From positions 768,136 to 832,135 of the forward strand of contig JBJBDC010000001.1 of assembly GCA_047285535.1 (NCBI GenBank): 64,000 nt of DNA, read 5' to 3'. A model generated the notes under the pieces. It had not been told where the DNA came from. It was given only the letters and a program-made list of their open reading frames with translations, and made no database searches. Of the stretch, positions 28,987 to 38,768 are shown piece by piece. A program made the translations under genes and the position numbers. The DNA is from Synechococcus sp. Lineage in GTDB: Bacteria > Cyanobacteriota > Cyanobacteriia > PCC-6307 > Cyanobiaceae. Position 1 is the stretch's first letter. Each line of letters begins with the position of its first letter.

Positions 28987-29101
28987 CTAGGAACAACGCT
29001 GTACATCCGCCAATTTTTTCCCTGAATTGTCCCTAAAACCACTTGCACAAGGTTTTGCCCACATGCACAAAAAGAGTCCATGGACACAGCTGATTTGAGT
29101 G

Positions 29102-29161
29102 ATGGCAGGCAATCTGAGTGAAACTGAGGGCATCTCCCGAGACGATCAGGGCTGGCCCTGG
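29102..29161 (+). repeat. Displaced DUF4336 5'-end scar / att-like site next to the integrase
   Basis: ATG GCA GGC AAT CTG AGT GAA ACT GAG GGC ATC TCC CGA GAC GAT CAG GGC TGG CCC TGG (MAGNLSETEGISRDDQGWPW). Confidence 0.8.
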
Positions 29162-29286
29162 CTGATCGACATCAAATCGTCTACCTCAGTCACCTAGCGG
29201 AAAGCCAGGGCTATGTCCGGCGCCGAAGCTGCGGTGGCAAAGATGCCCAAGACAACTCACAGAAGCAAAGCGGAGACGATCACTGA
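29161..29286 (+). pseudogene. 3' remnant of a small membrane protein (paralog of 17238-17495)
   Basis: ADRHQIVYLSHLAESQGY..CGGK vs ADRHQIVYLRHLAETQGY..CGGK. Confidence 0.8.
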
Positions 29287-29298
29287 GGCATAGAGGGA

Positions 29299-29880
29299 TC
29301 AACCATCAACCAGACCGTGCAATTTGGCGAAAGTCGCAACCTGATCTGCCAGCTCGGGGCTGACCCATTGGGCAATCACCGCCAAGGACATGTCGATCCC
29401 TGCCGAGACTCCCGTCGAGCTGAAGAATTTTCCATCTTCCACCCAACGCGCTTGTTTCTCCCACTGCACCAAGGAGCTCTGGAACGTCACCCAATCGAAG
29501 GCCATCTTGTTGGTGGTGGCACGTACCCCATCCAGCACAGCGGCTTTGGCAAGTAGGGCACTGCCGGTGCAGACGGAGGTCACGAGAGTGGCGCGCTGCG
29601 ACTGATCCCTCAACCAATCCAACAGCAGCTGATTGCCAACCTCCTGCCGTGTGCCTGGTCCGCCCGGAACCAGCAGCAGCTCGAAGCCAAGAACATCACG
29701 GAAGGAACAATCCGTGATGTTCTTGGGCCCCTGGCGGCTGGCGATCACGCCGCCAGGCTCACAGACCAGGCGGATGTCGAAATGGTCTGCTGCCATTCCA
29801 TACATTTCCAGTGGACCAAGGACATCAAGAAGTTCAAAACCTTCAAAGCGAAGAACTCCGATGCTTCGTTTGTTGGACAT
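29299..29880 (-). CDS. DJ-1/PfpI family protein, copy B (C-terminally shortened)
   Basis: Same motifs as 17710-18336; lacks EYDWH..DPFA. Confidence 0.85.
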   Translation of the reverse strand: MSNKRSIGVLRFEGFELLDVLGPLEMYGMAADHFDIRLVCEPGGVIASRQGPKNITDCSFRDVLGFELLLVPGGPGTRQEVGNQLLLDWLRDQSQRATLVTSVCTGSALLAKAAVLDGVRATTNKMAFDWVTFQSSLVQWEKQARWVEDGKFFSSTGVSAGIDMSLAVIAQWVSPELADQVATFAKLHGLVDG

Positions 29881-29954
29881 TGGCTAGTCCTCACGAGTGG
29901 ATGACGCCTTACAGCTGGTGCAAGCGGCCGTTGCCAAGGCTGCTGGCCTGGAGA

Positions 29955-30665
29955 TCAGAGCCGAGTACCGCTGCGGTTAGCACTGGCGGGTTCGCTGATC
30001 GGCACTCCTGGCCTCCAATGCTGCACAGAGAACGTTTGATTTGGGGCCGGGATGCCGCTTGCTGGTGGCTTGATCTGACTGCGCCAGCCGCTGGTCCACT
30101 TGATCATCACGCTGCCATTGTCCCGGAGCGACCAGGAGCCATCAGCCACTTGATCGATGTTGTTGAAAGCCATTCCCGAGGAGGTGAGCACCGCGAGATA
30201 AGGGGGTTTCTCGGGCTGGCTTGGCTGCAGTTTGTACGCTCCCACCCAAGCCGAGATCGGACGAGTGAGTTGCACCGCCTTGCCGTGATTACTGGGGCCT
30301 CCATTCAGTGAGGCACCAGGTTTCCACGACCACTGGACCAGACCGGCCGGGCCGAGTTGAATCGTGTCGGTCCAACCGTCTCGATAGGTCGAGCGGATGC
30401 CGTTACCCCAGGCCTGCCAGCTGCCGGTCTCCAACAGCTGATTACGCGTCATGCGTTGCGGCTCTCCAAGATCGGGATGACGTTTGCCGATCACTGTGAG
30501 CGAAGAGCCATCGGCTCGCAGGATCAGATTGAACGGCACATTGTCATTGTCGGTAAGCACCCAGGTACCCAGCATGCGTTTGGCATCGGGCTGAGGAAAA
30601 CCAGCCCCGAGAAGTGCGCCACACAGCAAGAGTGCAGCAGGGGCTTTTACCCAGAAGAGGCCCAT
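29955..30665 (-). CDS. Hypothetical secreted protein
   Basis: Signal peptide; two GxW-type beta-rich repeats. Confidence 0.7.
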   Translation of the reverse strand: MGLFWVKAPAALLLCGALLGAGFPQPDAKRMLGTWVLTDNDNVPFNLILRADGSSLTVIGKRHPDLGEPQRMTRNQLLETGSWQAWGNGIRSTYRDGWTDTIQLGPAGLVQWSWKPGASLNGGPSNHGKAVQLTRPISAWVGAYKLQPSQPEKPPYLAVLTSSGMAFNNIDQVADGSWSLRDNGSVMIKWTSGWRSQIKPPASGIPAPNQTFSVQHWRPGVPISEPASANRSGTRL

Positions 30666-30888
30666 GTCAGTTCGGTTGATTCCCTTGGTTTAGCAGCAGT
30701 GCACACAAGCCACCGCAGGCTCAGGAAACACAGGCAAGTGGGTGGTTCTACTCAAGTGCTTCAAATGGTTATCAACAGCACGATCAGACTTGAACAGCGA
30801 AGAGCACATTGAGAGTGCTGGGGCATCAATCGGTGATCATCACCATGTTGACGCCGGCCTTGAAAACAGACACCGAAATGCTGCTGTT

Positions 30889-31320
30889 ATGGACTCGCTG
30901 ACTGCTTTTGCTGCCATTGGATTGACAGCTGTGGCTTGGGATGGCTCGCTCACTCCAGCGGGGGGACGGGCCTTCCGCCATGCGCTCGATTACCGCGAGC
31001 CCTACTGCAACATGCGTGAGCAATCCATGGTTGATCTCATCGATTGCCTCCTGACACGTCGCCGTGAAATCGGTAACAACGCGCTCATGCTTGAAGCGGC
31101 TCAGGCGCTGAACAGCAGCCAATCACTCACCGCTTACGCCATGGCATCAGAGTTGATGCGATCTGACGGACCTTACGAGCCCGAGGAACGCCAACATCTG
31201 GATCATCTGGCTCTGGTTCTCTCGATTGCCAAACCGGAATCCGATCGTATCGATTCGGTGTTTGATGTCTTGCACAATCAACTGAAGCTCTGGTCTGAGC
31301 TGCAAACACAACCAGCCTGA
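30889..31320 (+). CDS. TerB-family (tellurite resistance-like) protein
   Basis: AVAWDG...AYAMASELMRSDG.YEPEER..LDHLA..LSI. Confidence 0.8.
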   Translation: MDSLTAFAAIGLTAVAWDGSLTPAGGRAFRHALDYREPYCNMREQSMVDLIDCLLTRRREIGNNALMLEAAQALNSSQSLTAYAMASELMRSDGPYEPEERQHLDHLALVLSIAKPESDRIDSVFDVLHNQLKLWSELQTQPA

Positions 31321-31408
31321 AGATCCTGAATCTTCAGGACGATGACGTCAACGACAGCGCCTTGATTAAGGGTGCAAGAGGTGATATCGGCGGAACTGAA
31401 GATCAAGC

Positions 31409-31465
31409 ATGGGTGCAGATAGCGATCCAGCTGATCAACGCTGGGCCTGGTGACCTCTGATGCCA
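31409..31465 (+). repeat. Displaced DUF4336 5'-end scar / att-like site
   Basis: ATG GGT GCA GAT AGC GAT CCA GCT GAT CAA CGC TGG GCC TGG TGA CCT CTG ATG CCA (MGADSDPADQRWAW*PLMP). Confidence 0.85.
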
Positions 31466-32495
31466 GTCAGCAGTCTTTGATTGCAATGGTTTTAATGGAC
31501 ATGTCTCTGAGCTATCCCTGTTCTTTGAGCAACTGGGCAGGATGGCGTGCAACTCCCAGTGGTTCAACCAAGCTTTGAATCCTGCTTCACAAATGATGGA
31601 CCTAGACAACTAGCGCGTACCTCTCGAACTCTGGGACTTCTCCCCGATGACTCTTGGCGCGGTCATCACACCACCGCCGCAGCGCCATGGCGTCGTCCAA
31701 GGCGTCATCCAGGTCCTCAAAGTCCACCCCCCCATCACTTCGGTACGGTTGAGTCGAGCATGGATGGACCTGTGGATCCGGCCAAAGCCGCTGAGATGTG
31801 TCAGTTGTCGGAGCCTTGATCTGAGACAGCTGCGGCCATCCGCCGAATTGTCGGATGATCGAAGCGAATGAGGAGCACCTGCTGTGGCATCGACCAACCG
31901 CACCTTGCTGAAGCGCCTGGCCGTGGATCTGGCTGAGCTTTGCAGTGATCCGGAGAATCTCGACTATGCCTTCGACCTGCTCAATGCCACCTATGGGACT
32001 GAGGTGGCGCAGGCGGCACGCGACCGCCTAAAGAACGACCCGGACATCCGTCCGCTGGTGCAGGAGCGCTACTGGGGGAACTGGCCGGCACTGCCTGAGC
32101 TGGTGGCATTGCCGGCAGGATCGCTGGGCCATGTCTACGGCCTGTTCATCACATCGCAAGGACTGAGTGAACTGCCCGCTCCCGTGTTGCCCTCAGGGGT
32201 CGGAGGCGACGACGCCTACTTGCAGATGCGCATCCGCTACACCCACGATCTCTGGCATGTGATCGCCGGACTCCCCGTTAACCTCGCCGGAGAGGCGGCC
32301 GCCACCGGTCTCACCACCGAACAGCTGCGCTGGCCAGGAAGTGCACTCCTGATCGCTGCTGACCTGATCCATCGCGTCAGCACCACTGAAGCCGATGCCG
32401 AAGGAGACGTCGATGTGGGTGTGGCCATCGCCTACGGCCTCAACCTTGGGGCCCAGGCCCGCCCCCTGCTGGCCCAGCGCTGGGAGGAGGGCTGG
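31461..32495. repeat. ~1.03-kb near-identical direct repeat, copy 2
   Basis: See 13063-14097. Confidence 0.95.
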
Positions 32496-32594
32496 GAAAC
32501 CCCTCTCGATGGGTGGCGCAAGAGGCTCGGCATCTACTCGCTGCTGCAGACCACCCCGTTTCCGCGGCTGCACGGGGAGGCGGCAGACGGTTGA
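31884..32594 (+). CDS. Coq4-family protein, copy B
   Basis: Identical to copy A up to ...EEGW; last ~32 residues diverged. Confidence 0.85.
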   Translation: MASTNRTLLKRLAVDLAELCSDPENLDYAFDLLNATYGTEVAQAARDRLKNDPDIRPLVQERYWGNWPALPELVALPAGSLGHVYGLFITSQGLSELPAPVLPSGVGGDDAYLQMRIRYTHDLWHVIAGLPVNLAGEAAATGLTTEQLRWPGSALLIAADLIHRVSTTEADAEGDVDVGVAIAYGLNLGAQARPLLAQRWEEGWETPLDGWRKRLGIYSLLQTTPFPRLHGEAADG

Positions 32595-32623
32595 TGTTGT
32601 AGTGACCATTGCCGACTTGAAGA

Positions 32624-32656
32624 GATCAGTGATGGCCTTGGTTTCCGCTGCTGCTT
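32624..32656 (+). repeat. Displaced DUF4336 5'-end scar / att-like site
   Basis: GAT CAG TGA TGG CCT TGG TTT CCG CTG CTG CTT (DQ*WPWFPLLL). Confidence 0.8.
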
Positions 32657-32870
32657 CTAGCAAGCGACAAACTGATTATGGGGTTGAAAGCTGGTCACTA
32701 AGTTCCCGAGAGTTGTGTGTGCAAGTGGACGTGATCAAAGGCAACTCGGGACAATGTGAAGGCCATACTCAAAAACGAAGCAGTGAAAACCTATTCGCGA
32801 AAGATGTATAAACGAGCCTCTTGCGTGGTCTTGTGTATGACGACTGCTTGATCATGTTCGTAGTCTGTGA

Positions 32871-33251
32871 CTACATCCTGGGCAAGCAAAAATCAACAGT
32901 TAGTACGCCGTTCATGCCGCCTTCGATGAGTGGAATCATTACTGGGGATAAATCAAGATGAGGTTTTGACGTGTCATATGAAATGCGACAACTTTTGTTT
33001 TCAAAGACAATAAACAAACAGTGATTGTAACCCCTGGCCAAAAATGTCGCATCAGACGAAATACCGAAGGTATCTACAATTTCCTGCGGGAAGTTAAACG
33101 TTTCCAAGGGGCCGGCGTGGGCTAATTCAACCCCTGGGATTCTGGTTTTGAATGACTTAACCTGCTTGTCCACATCTGTAATTGCAATTGGACTCACGTC
33201 TTTCTTGATTTTCCAAAGGCCAATGTGAATAATTTTGGATGATGACATCAT
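32871..33251 (-). CDS. Dabb-family stress-responsive alpha/beta barrel protein
   Basis: IIHIGLWKIK...IPGV...GYNHCLFIVFE....Y...PH...VDF. Confidence 0.75.
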   Translation of the reverse strand: MMSSSKIIHIGLWKIKKDVSPIAITDVDKQVKSFKTRIPGVELAHAGPLETFNFPQEIVDTFGISSDATFLARGYNHCLFIVFENKSCRISYDTSKPHLDLSPVMIPLIEGGMNGVLTVDFCLPRM

Positions 33252-33763
33252 CGAATCATTTTTTCTGTTCTGCGTTGACATTCCTCTGGCTTCCCGTGGA
33301 TGATGCCTCTGGGACAAAGAGGCTGTTCTTGCAACCCTATGTGCTCTTTGAATGCCAGGGTGCCGTTTTAAAGACCATTAGTACCTGACCTCAGTTAGGT
33401 CTTCTGCCTTGAGTGGCTGCTGCTGACAGTCTGGATTCTCTAATTGCGGGGGTTGAGTGAAGCGAACCCTAAATCCCCCCCTTTTTCTTCAGCTTGGCTT
33501 GATTCTGTGAAAGTGAACCTTTTGAAGCGACTGACTTGTTTGTGACGCAATTGCTTTCTTGGGTGGAGTAAGCGTTGGCGATCGTTTATGGAAGGTGTGC
33601 CCCAGCGTTGAGCCTTCACTTCAGCCTGGCGTTGGTGGCGTTTGTTCTGTTGGTGAGTTAGCGGCAACCGGCGTGGCGTGTGGTGCTGTTTTTTGCGCCG
33701 GAGTGGGTGGTTTGACCCTGGCCTGATCCATTCCTCTGCAGAATCACTGCATTGACGGGGAGC

Positions 33764-34957
33764 ATGGTGGCTGGAGCTGGTGTGAATCCTGCTGATCAGC
33801 GTTGGGGTTGGTGGCCGCTGCTGCCGCTCTATCCCTATGGAAGGCGTGCCACCCACTTTGAAGAGCTCATCCCGGGCCAGGTATGGAGCTTTGAACAGCT
33901 CCAGGGCGTCTATTACGTGGCTGTGCCGATTCGGCTCACCGTGGTGAAGGTGCCCGGCGGCTTGATGCTGGTCAACCCACTGCCACCAACACAGGAATTA
34001 TGTGCCGGCTTAGCGGACCTTGAAGCTCAGCACGGATCGGTCTGCACGATTGTGTTGCCGACAGCGTCAGGTCTGGAACATAAGTTTCCGCTGGGGCCAC
34101 TGGCTCGTGCTTTCCCTGAAGCCGAGATCTGGGTCTGCCCTGGCCAGTGGAGTTTCCCCGTGCAGCTGCCCCTGAACTGGCTCGGAGTACCGGCAGCACG
34201 CACCAAAGTTTTGCTCACGGATGGGGTGCCCCATCCCGAGATGTGCCAATGGATCTCCCTTGGCCCTCTTGATCTCGGCGTGGGTCGTTTCCAGGAAATC
34301 AGCTGCCTGCATCGACCCAGTGGCGCCTTGCTGATCACCGATGCCCTGGTTGGCATTCACGCCCAACCCCCAGCCATTTTTGATCGCGATCCCACGCCGT
34401 TGTTGTTTCACGCTCGCAACCGTGGCGATCAACCCCTGATGGATTCAACCGAGGCACGGCGGCGAGGATGGGCCCGTCTGGTGCTGTTCGCCTCCTATCT
34501 GCGGCCCTACAAATTGCGTGTACCAGGCCTCGCCGAGTTGTTGCGCCATGCATTCCGGCCGGGATTACGAACAGGGAAAGCCCACTTCGGGCTTTATCCA
34601 TTCGATTGGCAAGACGGCTGGCACGATGATGCCATGAACCTGATGGGTGAAGAAGAAGCCAAATTACAAGTGGCTCCTGTTCTGGAACGACTGGTATTGC
34701 CGAGAGCACAACGGGCCCTCATCGCCTGGCTGGAACAACTGGAATCATGTTCTGATCTTGCCTGGCTGATCCCTGCCCACTACAGCGCACCTCTGCCATT
34801 CACGGCATTGCAGGCATCCGCTTTGCAAACGGACTTGCGACACAAGGCCTGGGCAACAAACGAAGGCAACTGGACCTTTCTTGCCAATATTGATCAACGT
34901 CTTTTAGAACTTGGATTTGTACCAGACGATCCTCTTAAAAAGAAATATTCAAATTGA
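33764..34957 (+). CDS. DUF4336 domain protein (metallo-beta-lactamase-like fold)
   Basis: WWPLLPLYPYGRR, VPIRLTVVK, TASGLEHK, IPAHY. Confidence 0.85.
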   Translation: MVAGAGVNPADQRWGWWPLLPLYPYGRRATHFEELIPGQVWSFEQLQGVYYVAVPIRLTVVKVPGGLMLVNPLPPTQELCAGLADLEAQHGSVCTIVLPTASGLEHKFPLGPLARAFPEAEIWVCPGQWSFPVQLPLNWLGVPAARTKVLLTDGVPHPEMCQWISLGPLDLGVGRFQEISCLHRPSGALLITDALVGIHAQPPAIFDRDPTPLLFHARNRGDQPLMDSTEARRRGWARLVLFASYLRPYKLRVPGLAELLRHAFRPGLRTGKAHFGLYPFDWQDGWHDDAMNLMGEEEAKLQVAPVLERLVLPRAQRALIAWLEQLESCSDLAWLIPAHYSAPLPFTALQASALQTDLRHKAWATNEGNWTFLANIDQRLLELGFVPDDPLKKKYSN

Positions 34958-35035
34958 GAAGGCAAAGACTGAAATTGATCAAGTTCGCATCAACTAGCCT
35001 AGAAAATCATGCCTTGATTGCAAAGCAAAGGACAA

Positions 35036-35389
35036 TCAAAGCTTGAGGTCTTCATCCGGGTTCACGGCCATTTCATCATCGGCGAACAGGGCTTCTTCCA
35101 ATTCCTTCCGTTGTTCCATCTGACGAAGGAAATATCCAGTCATCATTGCGGAGGCAAGCATATTGGCCAGGTTGTCACGATTAGCCGTGACCTTCACCTC
35201 AAACTGCTCACCGGGGAGCATTCCCAGAAGTCCCTGAACGTTATGGCGAATGATGTCTTGAATATCATTGCTGGCCGAGCGAGCCACACGCTGGAGCACG
35301 TCTGGAGATTGATCCTGGAGATATTGGATCAAGCTGTTAACGGGCTGGCCGTCCGGGCTTTCCGTGGTTAGGAACTCTGGATTAAACAC
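35036..35389 (-). CDS. DUF760 domain protein
   Basis: NVQGLLGMLP.EQF...LASAMMTGYFLRQMEQR. Confidence 0.9.
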   Translation of the reverse strand: MFNPEFLTTESPDGQPVNSLIQYLQDQSPDVLQRVARSASNDIQDIIRHNVQGLLGMLPGEQFEVKVTANRDNLANMLASAMMTGYFLRQMEQRKELEEALFADDEMAVNPDEDLKL

Positions 35390-35404
35390 CCTGCCAACCA
35401 TTCG

Positions 35405-36019
35405 TCAGTCACTGGACCTTATCGCAGCTGCGTTCTGCGACACCATTGAATCGTGGTGTGAGAACCGAATCGGACCGAACCGCTTGGGTGGCCAATAGCG
35501 CCAAACAGCTGTTCCAACAAGGCTTTGTTCAGGCAGAGCCCCCCAGATATGAGAGTCGAGACTGGCGTTACGGTTATCACCTAGCACCCAAAGCTGACCT
35601 TGCGGCACGACGATCGGCCCTTGGTCGTAATCAATGCCCTCAGCGACCCAGTCCTCTTGCACAAGATCGTGGTTGCGCAGCAATCGGCCGCCTTGCACTT
35701 CAATCCTGTCTCCCGGTTGTCCCACCACCCGTTTGATCAACGCCGCATTCGGGTCATAACCGGCCTCGATCAGCTGCGGCGGGACTTGGAACACCACAAT
35801 CTGATCCAGACCGATGGGCTTGTGCAGCTGGCGATTGAGTTTTGGCGTCACCTTCTCCACCAGGATCCGATCTTGCAGCTGCAGGGTGGGCAACATCGAA
35901 CCCGATGGGATCCAACGGGGTTCAATCACCTGCCAACGCAGCAACAGGGCCAACAGCACCCACACCACAAGGCCTCGCCAACTGTTGCGCTTGGGTTCTG
36001 TGTTGGGAGTGTTGGCCAT
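35405..36019 (-). CDS. lepB: Signal peptidase I
   Basis: IPSGSMLPTL, IKRVVG.PGD, GDNRNASLDSH. Confidence 0.95.
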   Translation of the reverse strand: MANTPNTEPKRNSWRGLVVWVLLALLLRWQVIEPRWIPSGSMLPTLQLQDRILVEKVTPKLNRQLHKPIGLDQIVVFQVPPQLIEAGYDPNAALIKRVVGQPGDRIEVQGGRLLRNHDLVQEDWVAEGIDYDQGPIVVPQGQLWVLGDNRNASLDSHIWGALPEQSLVGTAVWRYWPPKRFGPIRFSHHDSMVSQNAAAIRSSD

Positions 36020-36066
36020 AGCAGGTGATGCGTTAACCGAGGATCGCATCAGCCATCGTCTCTTCC

Positions 36067-37842
36067 CTGACGCAAGCACTCGCCAACCTGCACGCTGCTG
36101 TCCTGCTGCTTCAGACCCTGCAGCAACAGGGGCTGAGGCATGTGGTGCTATGTCCTGGCAGTCGATCCGGCCCGTTCGCCCTTGCCGCCGCTGGCTTGAA
36201 CAAAGCCGGGCTTTTCAAGCTCACCACAGTGATCGATGAACGATCTGCCGGGTTTCGAGCGCTCGGTCAATCCACCGCTTCTGGCGTTGCGACGGCTGTG
36301 ATCACCACCTCCGGCACGGCAGTGGCCAACCTGCTGCCCGCCGCCGTGGAAGCGGATCGCTCCGGCCAGCCCTTACTGCTGATCAGTGCGGATCGACCCC
36401 TGCGGCTCAAGAACAGGGGAGCCAATCAAACCGTGAATCAGGAAGACTTTTTAAGCCCGGTGTGCCGATGGTGTGGCACAGGACCGCTGGATGGCCTCTC
36501 AGGAGGGATGGATCACGAGCTGCAAGCTCTGGCCCTCACCGCCTGGCGACAGCTTCATGATCTGCCGGGTCCAGTCCATCTCAATTGTCCATTGGAAGAG
36601 CCACTGCTTCCTGATCTGGATCAACAGCTCTTGTTTTGGAAGCAATGGAAGGGCAAAGAGCCGGTTCTCGAACAAGCGAAGTGCAATCACGCGTGCTGGA
36701 CTCCCACAGATCAGGCGCCAGCCCTGGATCCCGACCAACCGGGAGTGATTATTGCAGGCCCCTGGCGAGGTCTGAACACCGATCTCCAGCCCTATCAGGA
36801 CGCCTTGATCGCCTGGCAGCAGCGCAGTGGATGGCCGGTTCTCGCCGATCCGATCGCAGCCGTTCCCAGCGCCCTGAACGGCGTGATTCGTCACTGGGAC
36901 CTGCTGCTTCCCAGAGGTTTGAGCAACCTGCCGCCATCCGCCCAGGTGTTGCGGCTTGGCTCGATGCCAGCCAGTCGTCGCCTCGAAGCCTGGCTGGCCA
37001 GCCGAGAGGGACCACAGCTGTTGATCACCGAGAGAGATCCACGCCCTCTGGATCCTCTCGGTATGGCCGAGCAATGGAGTGGTGGCTTGGCCCTGTGGTG
37101 GCAGCAGATCAGCCCAGGACTCCAGGCTATCTCCGTGAGGCAGCCTGATGGAGCCACAGGAGGTCGCCAATCAGCCCTCCAGGCCTGGTCAGCTGCTGAT
37201 GCTGATCTGCAGCAACGCCTTGCTGATCTGTTGCCGCCTCGGGGAGCCGTCTCGGAACCAGCACTGATGTTCGCCCTGACGCAGCTCATTTCAGATGAGA
37301 TTCCCGTGATGCTGGCTGCCAGCAGCCCGGTGCGCGATTGGCAAGCTTTTGCAGCAGGGAGTACCGGTCACCGCCGCTGTTACAGCTTTCGAGGTGCATC
37401 CGGCATTGATGGCACCCTCTCCCTGGCCTTGGGCCTGGCAGCCGAACTGGGCCCAACGCTGTTGATCACAGGAGATCTGGCGCTGTTGCATGACAGCAAC
37501 GGTTGGCTCCAGGCCGCCGCTGCAACTCTGCCCTTGTTCGTGCTGTTGATCGACAACGCCGGCGGCGGCATTTTTGAACAACTACCGATCGAGACATCCG
37601 ACAGGGATGCTTTTGACAACCTGTTTGCGATGCCTCAACGGGTGGATCATCTCGCCCTTGCTGCAGCCCATTCCATTCCTGTTCGTCAGCTCGCGTGCCT
37701 GGAGGATCTACCAGCAGCTCTGGAATGGGGCTGGGGGAGTTCAGGACCAGCACTTCTGAGGGTGTGCACCGACCGCCGCAGGGATGCAGAGCTTCGCCTT
37801 GCTTTGCGCGAGGCAGTACAACAGAAGATCAGCCATCCCTGA
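36067..37842 (+). CDS. menD: SEPHCHC synthase
   Basis: [41 protein letters not shown]; frame open upstream of GTG 36142, start uncertain. Confidence 0.92.
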   Translation: MTQALANLHAAVLLLQTLQQQGLRHVVLCPGSRSGPFALAAAGLNKAGLFKLTTVIDERSAGFRALGQSTASGVATAVITTSGTAVANLLPAAVEADRSGQPLLLISADRPLRLKNRGANQTVNQEDFLSPVCRWCGTGPLDGLSGGMDHELQALALTAWRQLHDLPGPVHLNCPLEEPLLPDLDQQLLFWKQWKGKEPVLEQAKCNHACWTPTDQAPALDPDQPGVIIAGPWRGLNTDLQPYQDALIAWQQRSGWPVLADPIAAVPSALNGVIRHWDLLLPRGLSNLPPSAQVLRLGSMPASRRLEAWLASREGPQLLITERDPRPLDPLGMAEQWSGGLALWWQQISPGLQAISVRQPDGATGGRQSALQAWSAADADLQQRLADLLPPRGAVSEPALMFALTQLISDEIPVMLAASSPVRDWQAFAAGSTGHRRCYSFRGASGIDGTLSLALGLAAELGPTLLITGDLALLHDSNGWLQAAAATLPLFVLLIDNAGGGIFEQLPIETSDRDAFDNLFAMPQRVDHLALAAAHSIPVRQLACLEDLPAALEWGWGSSGPALLRVCTDRRRDAELRLALREAVQQKISHP

Positions 37843-37847
37843 TCGTT

Positions 37848-38723
37848 ATGCCTGAGCCGGTCATACGACAGGTGCTTCCAGGATCCAGTGGGGTGAACTG
37901 GAAGCCCTGGGGCCACTACCAAGATGTCCTGCTGGATCGGTGTGATGACGGTATCGCCCGTTTGGCGATCAATCGACCGAGCAAGCGCAATGCCTTCAGG
38001 CCCCGAACGGTTTCAGAACTTTGCGATGCCTTCGCACGCATCCGTGATGACAGCGCGATCGGTGTGGTGCTGCTCACCGGCGTCGGTCCCGCTGAAGATG
38101 GTGGTTACGCCTTTTGTGCAGGCGGCGATCAAAGTGTTCGTGGGGATGGTGGTTATCTCGATGAAACAGGTCTGGCTCGGCTGAATGTGCTGGACCTTCA
38201 GCGATTGATCCGCAGCCTCCCCAAGGTGGTGATCGCCTTGGTGGCGGGTTACGCCATTGGCGGTGGACAGGTGCTGCACCTGCTGTGCGACCTGAGCCTG
38301 GCAGCGGAGAACGCCAGATTCGGACAGACGGGACCTCGGGTCGGCAGCTTTGACGGCGGCTTTGGAGCGGGGTATCTGGCTCGAGTGGTGGGTCAACGCA
38401 AAGCCAAGGAGATCTGGTTCCTGTGTCGTCAATACGGAGCAGAGGACGCTTTGACGATGGGTCTTGTGAATGCCGTGGTTCCCCTGGATGACTTGGAAGC
38501 TGAAGGGGTCCGCTGGGCCAGGGAGGTGTTGCAGCACAGCCCAACGGCGATTCGCTGCCTCAAAGCAGCCTTCAATGCAGAAACAGACGGCTTGGCTGGC
38601 ATCCAGGAATTGGCCGGACAGGCCACCCACCTGTTTTATCGGACGGAGGAGGGTCAGGAGGGGCGTAATGCCTTTCTGGAGAAACGAAATCCTGACTTTT
38701 CCGATTCCCCTTGGCTTCCATAG
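37848..38723 (+). CDS. menB: 1,4-dihydroxy-2-naphthoyl-CoA synthase
   Basis: [31 protein letters not shown]. Confidence 0.97.
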   Translation: MPEPVIRQVLPGSSGVNWKPWGHYQDVLLDRCDDGIARLAINRPSKRNAFRPRTVSELCDAFARIRDDSAIGVVLLTGVGPAEDGGYAFCAGGDQSVRGDGGYLDETGLARLNVLDLQRLIRSLPKVVIALVAGYAIGGGQVLHLLCDLSLAAENARFGQTGPRVGSFDGGFGAGYLARVVGQRKAKEIWFLCRQYGAEDALTMGLVNAVVPLDDLEAEGVRWAREVLQHSPTAIRCLKAAFNAETDGLAGIQELAGQATHLFYRTEEGQEGRNAFLEKRNPDFSDSPWLP

Positions 38724-38768
38724 CCGCTGTTGACGCTAAAAATAATTATTGAGTGTTTCGATGAATCC

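Noticed and set aside
6037..32495. A single ~18.4-kb tandem duplication suggested by similar repeat offsets (18.1-18.6 kb)
   Set aside because: The intervening genes are unrelated, divergence differs greatly between repeats, and the DJ-1 and exonuclease offsets do not fit; serial cassette insertion explains it better.
6022..33830. Dispersed ~33-bp repeats as a CRISPR array or classical integron attC sites
   Set aside because: Spacing is kilobases and irregular, there are no cas or intI genes, the repeats are not palindromic, and they match a protein-coding segment.
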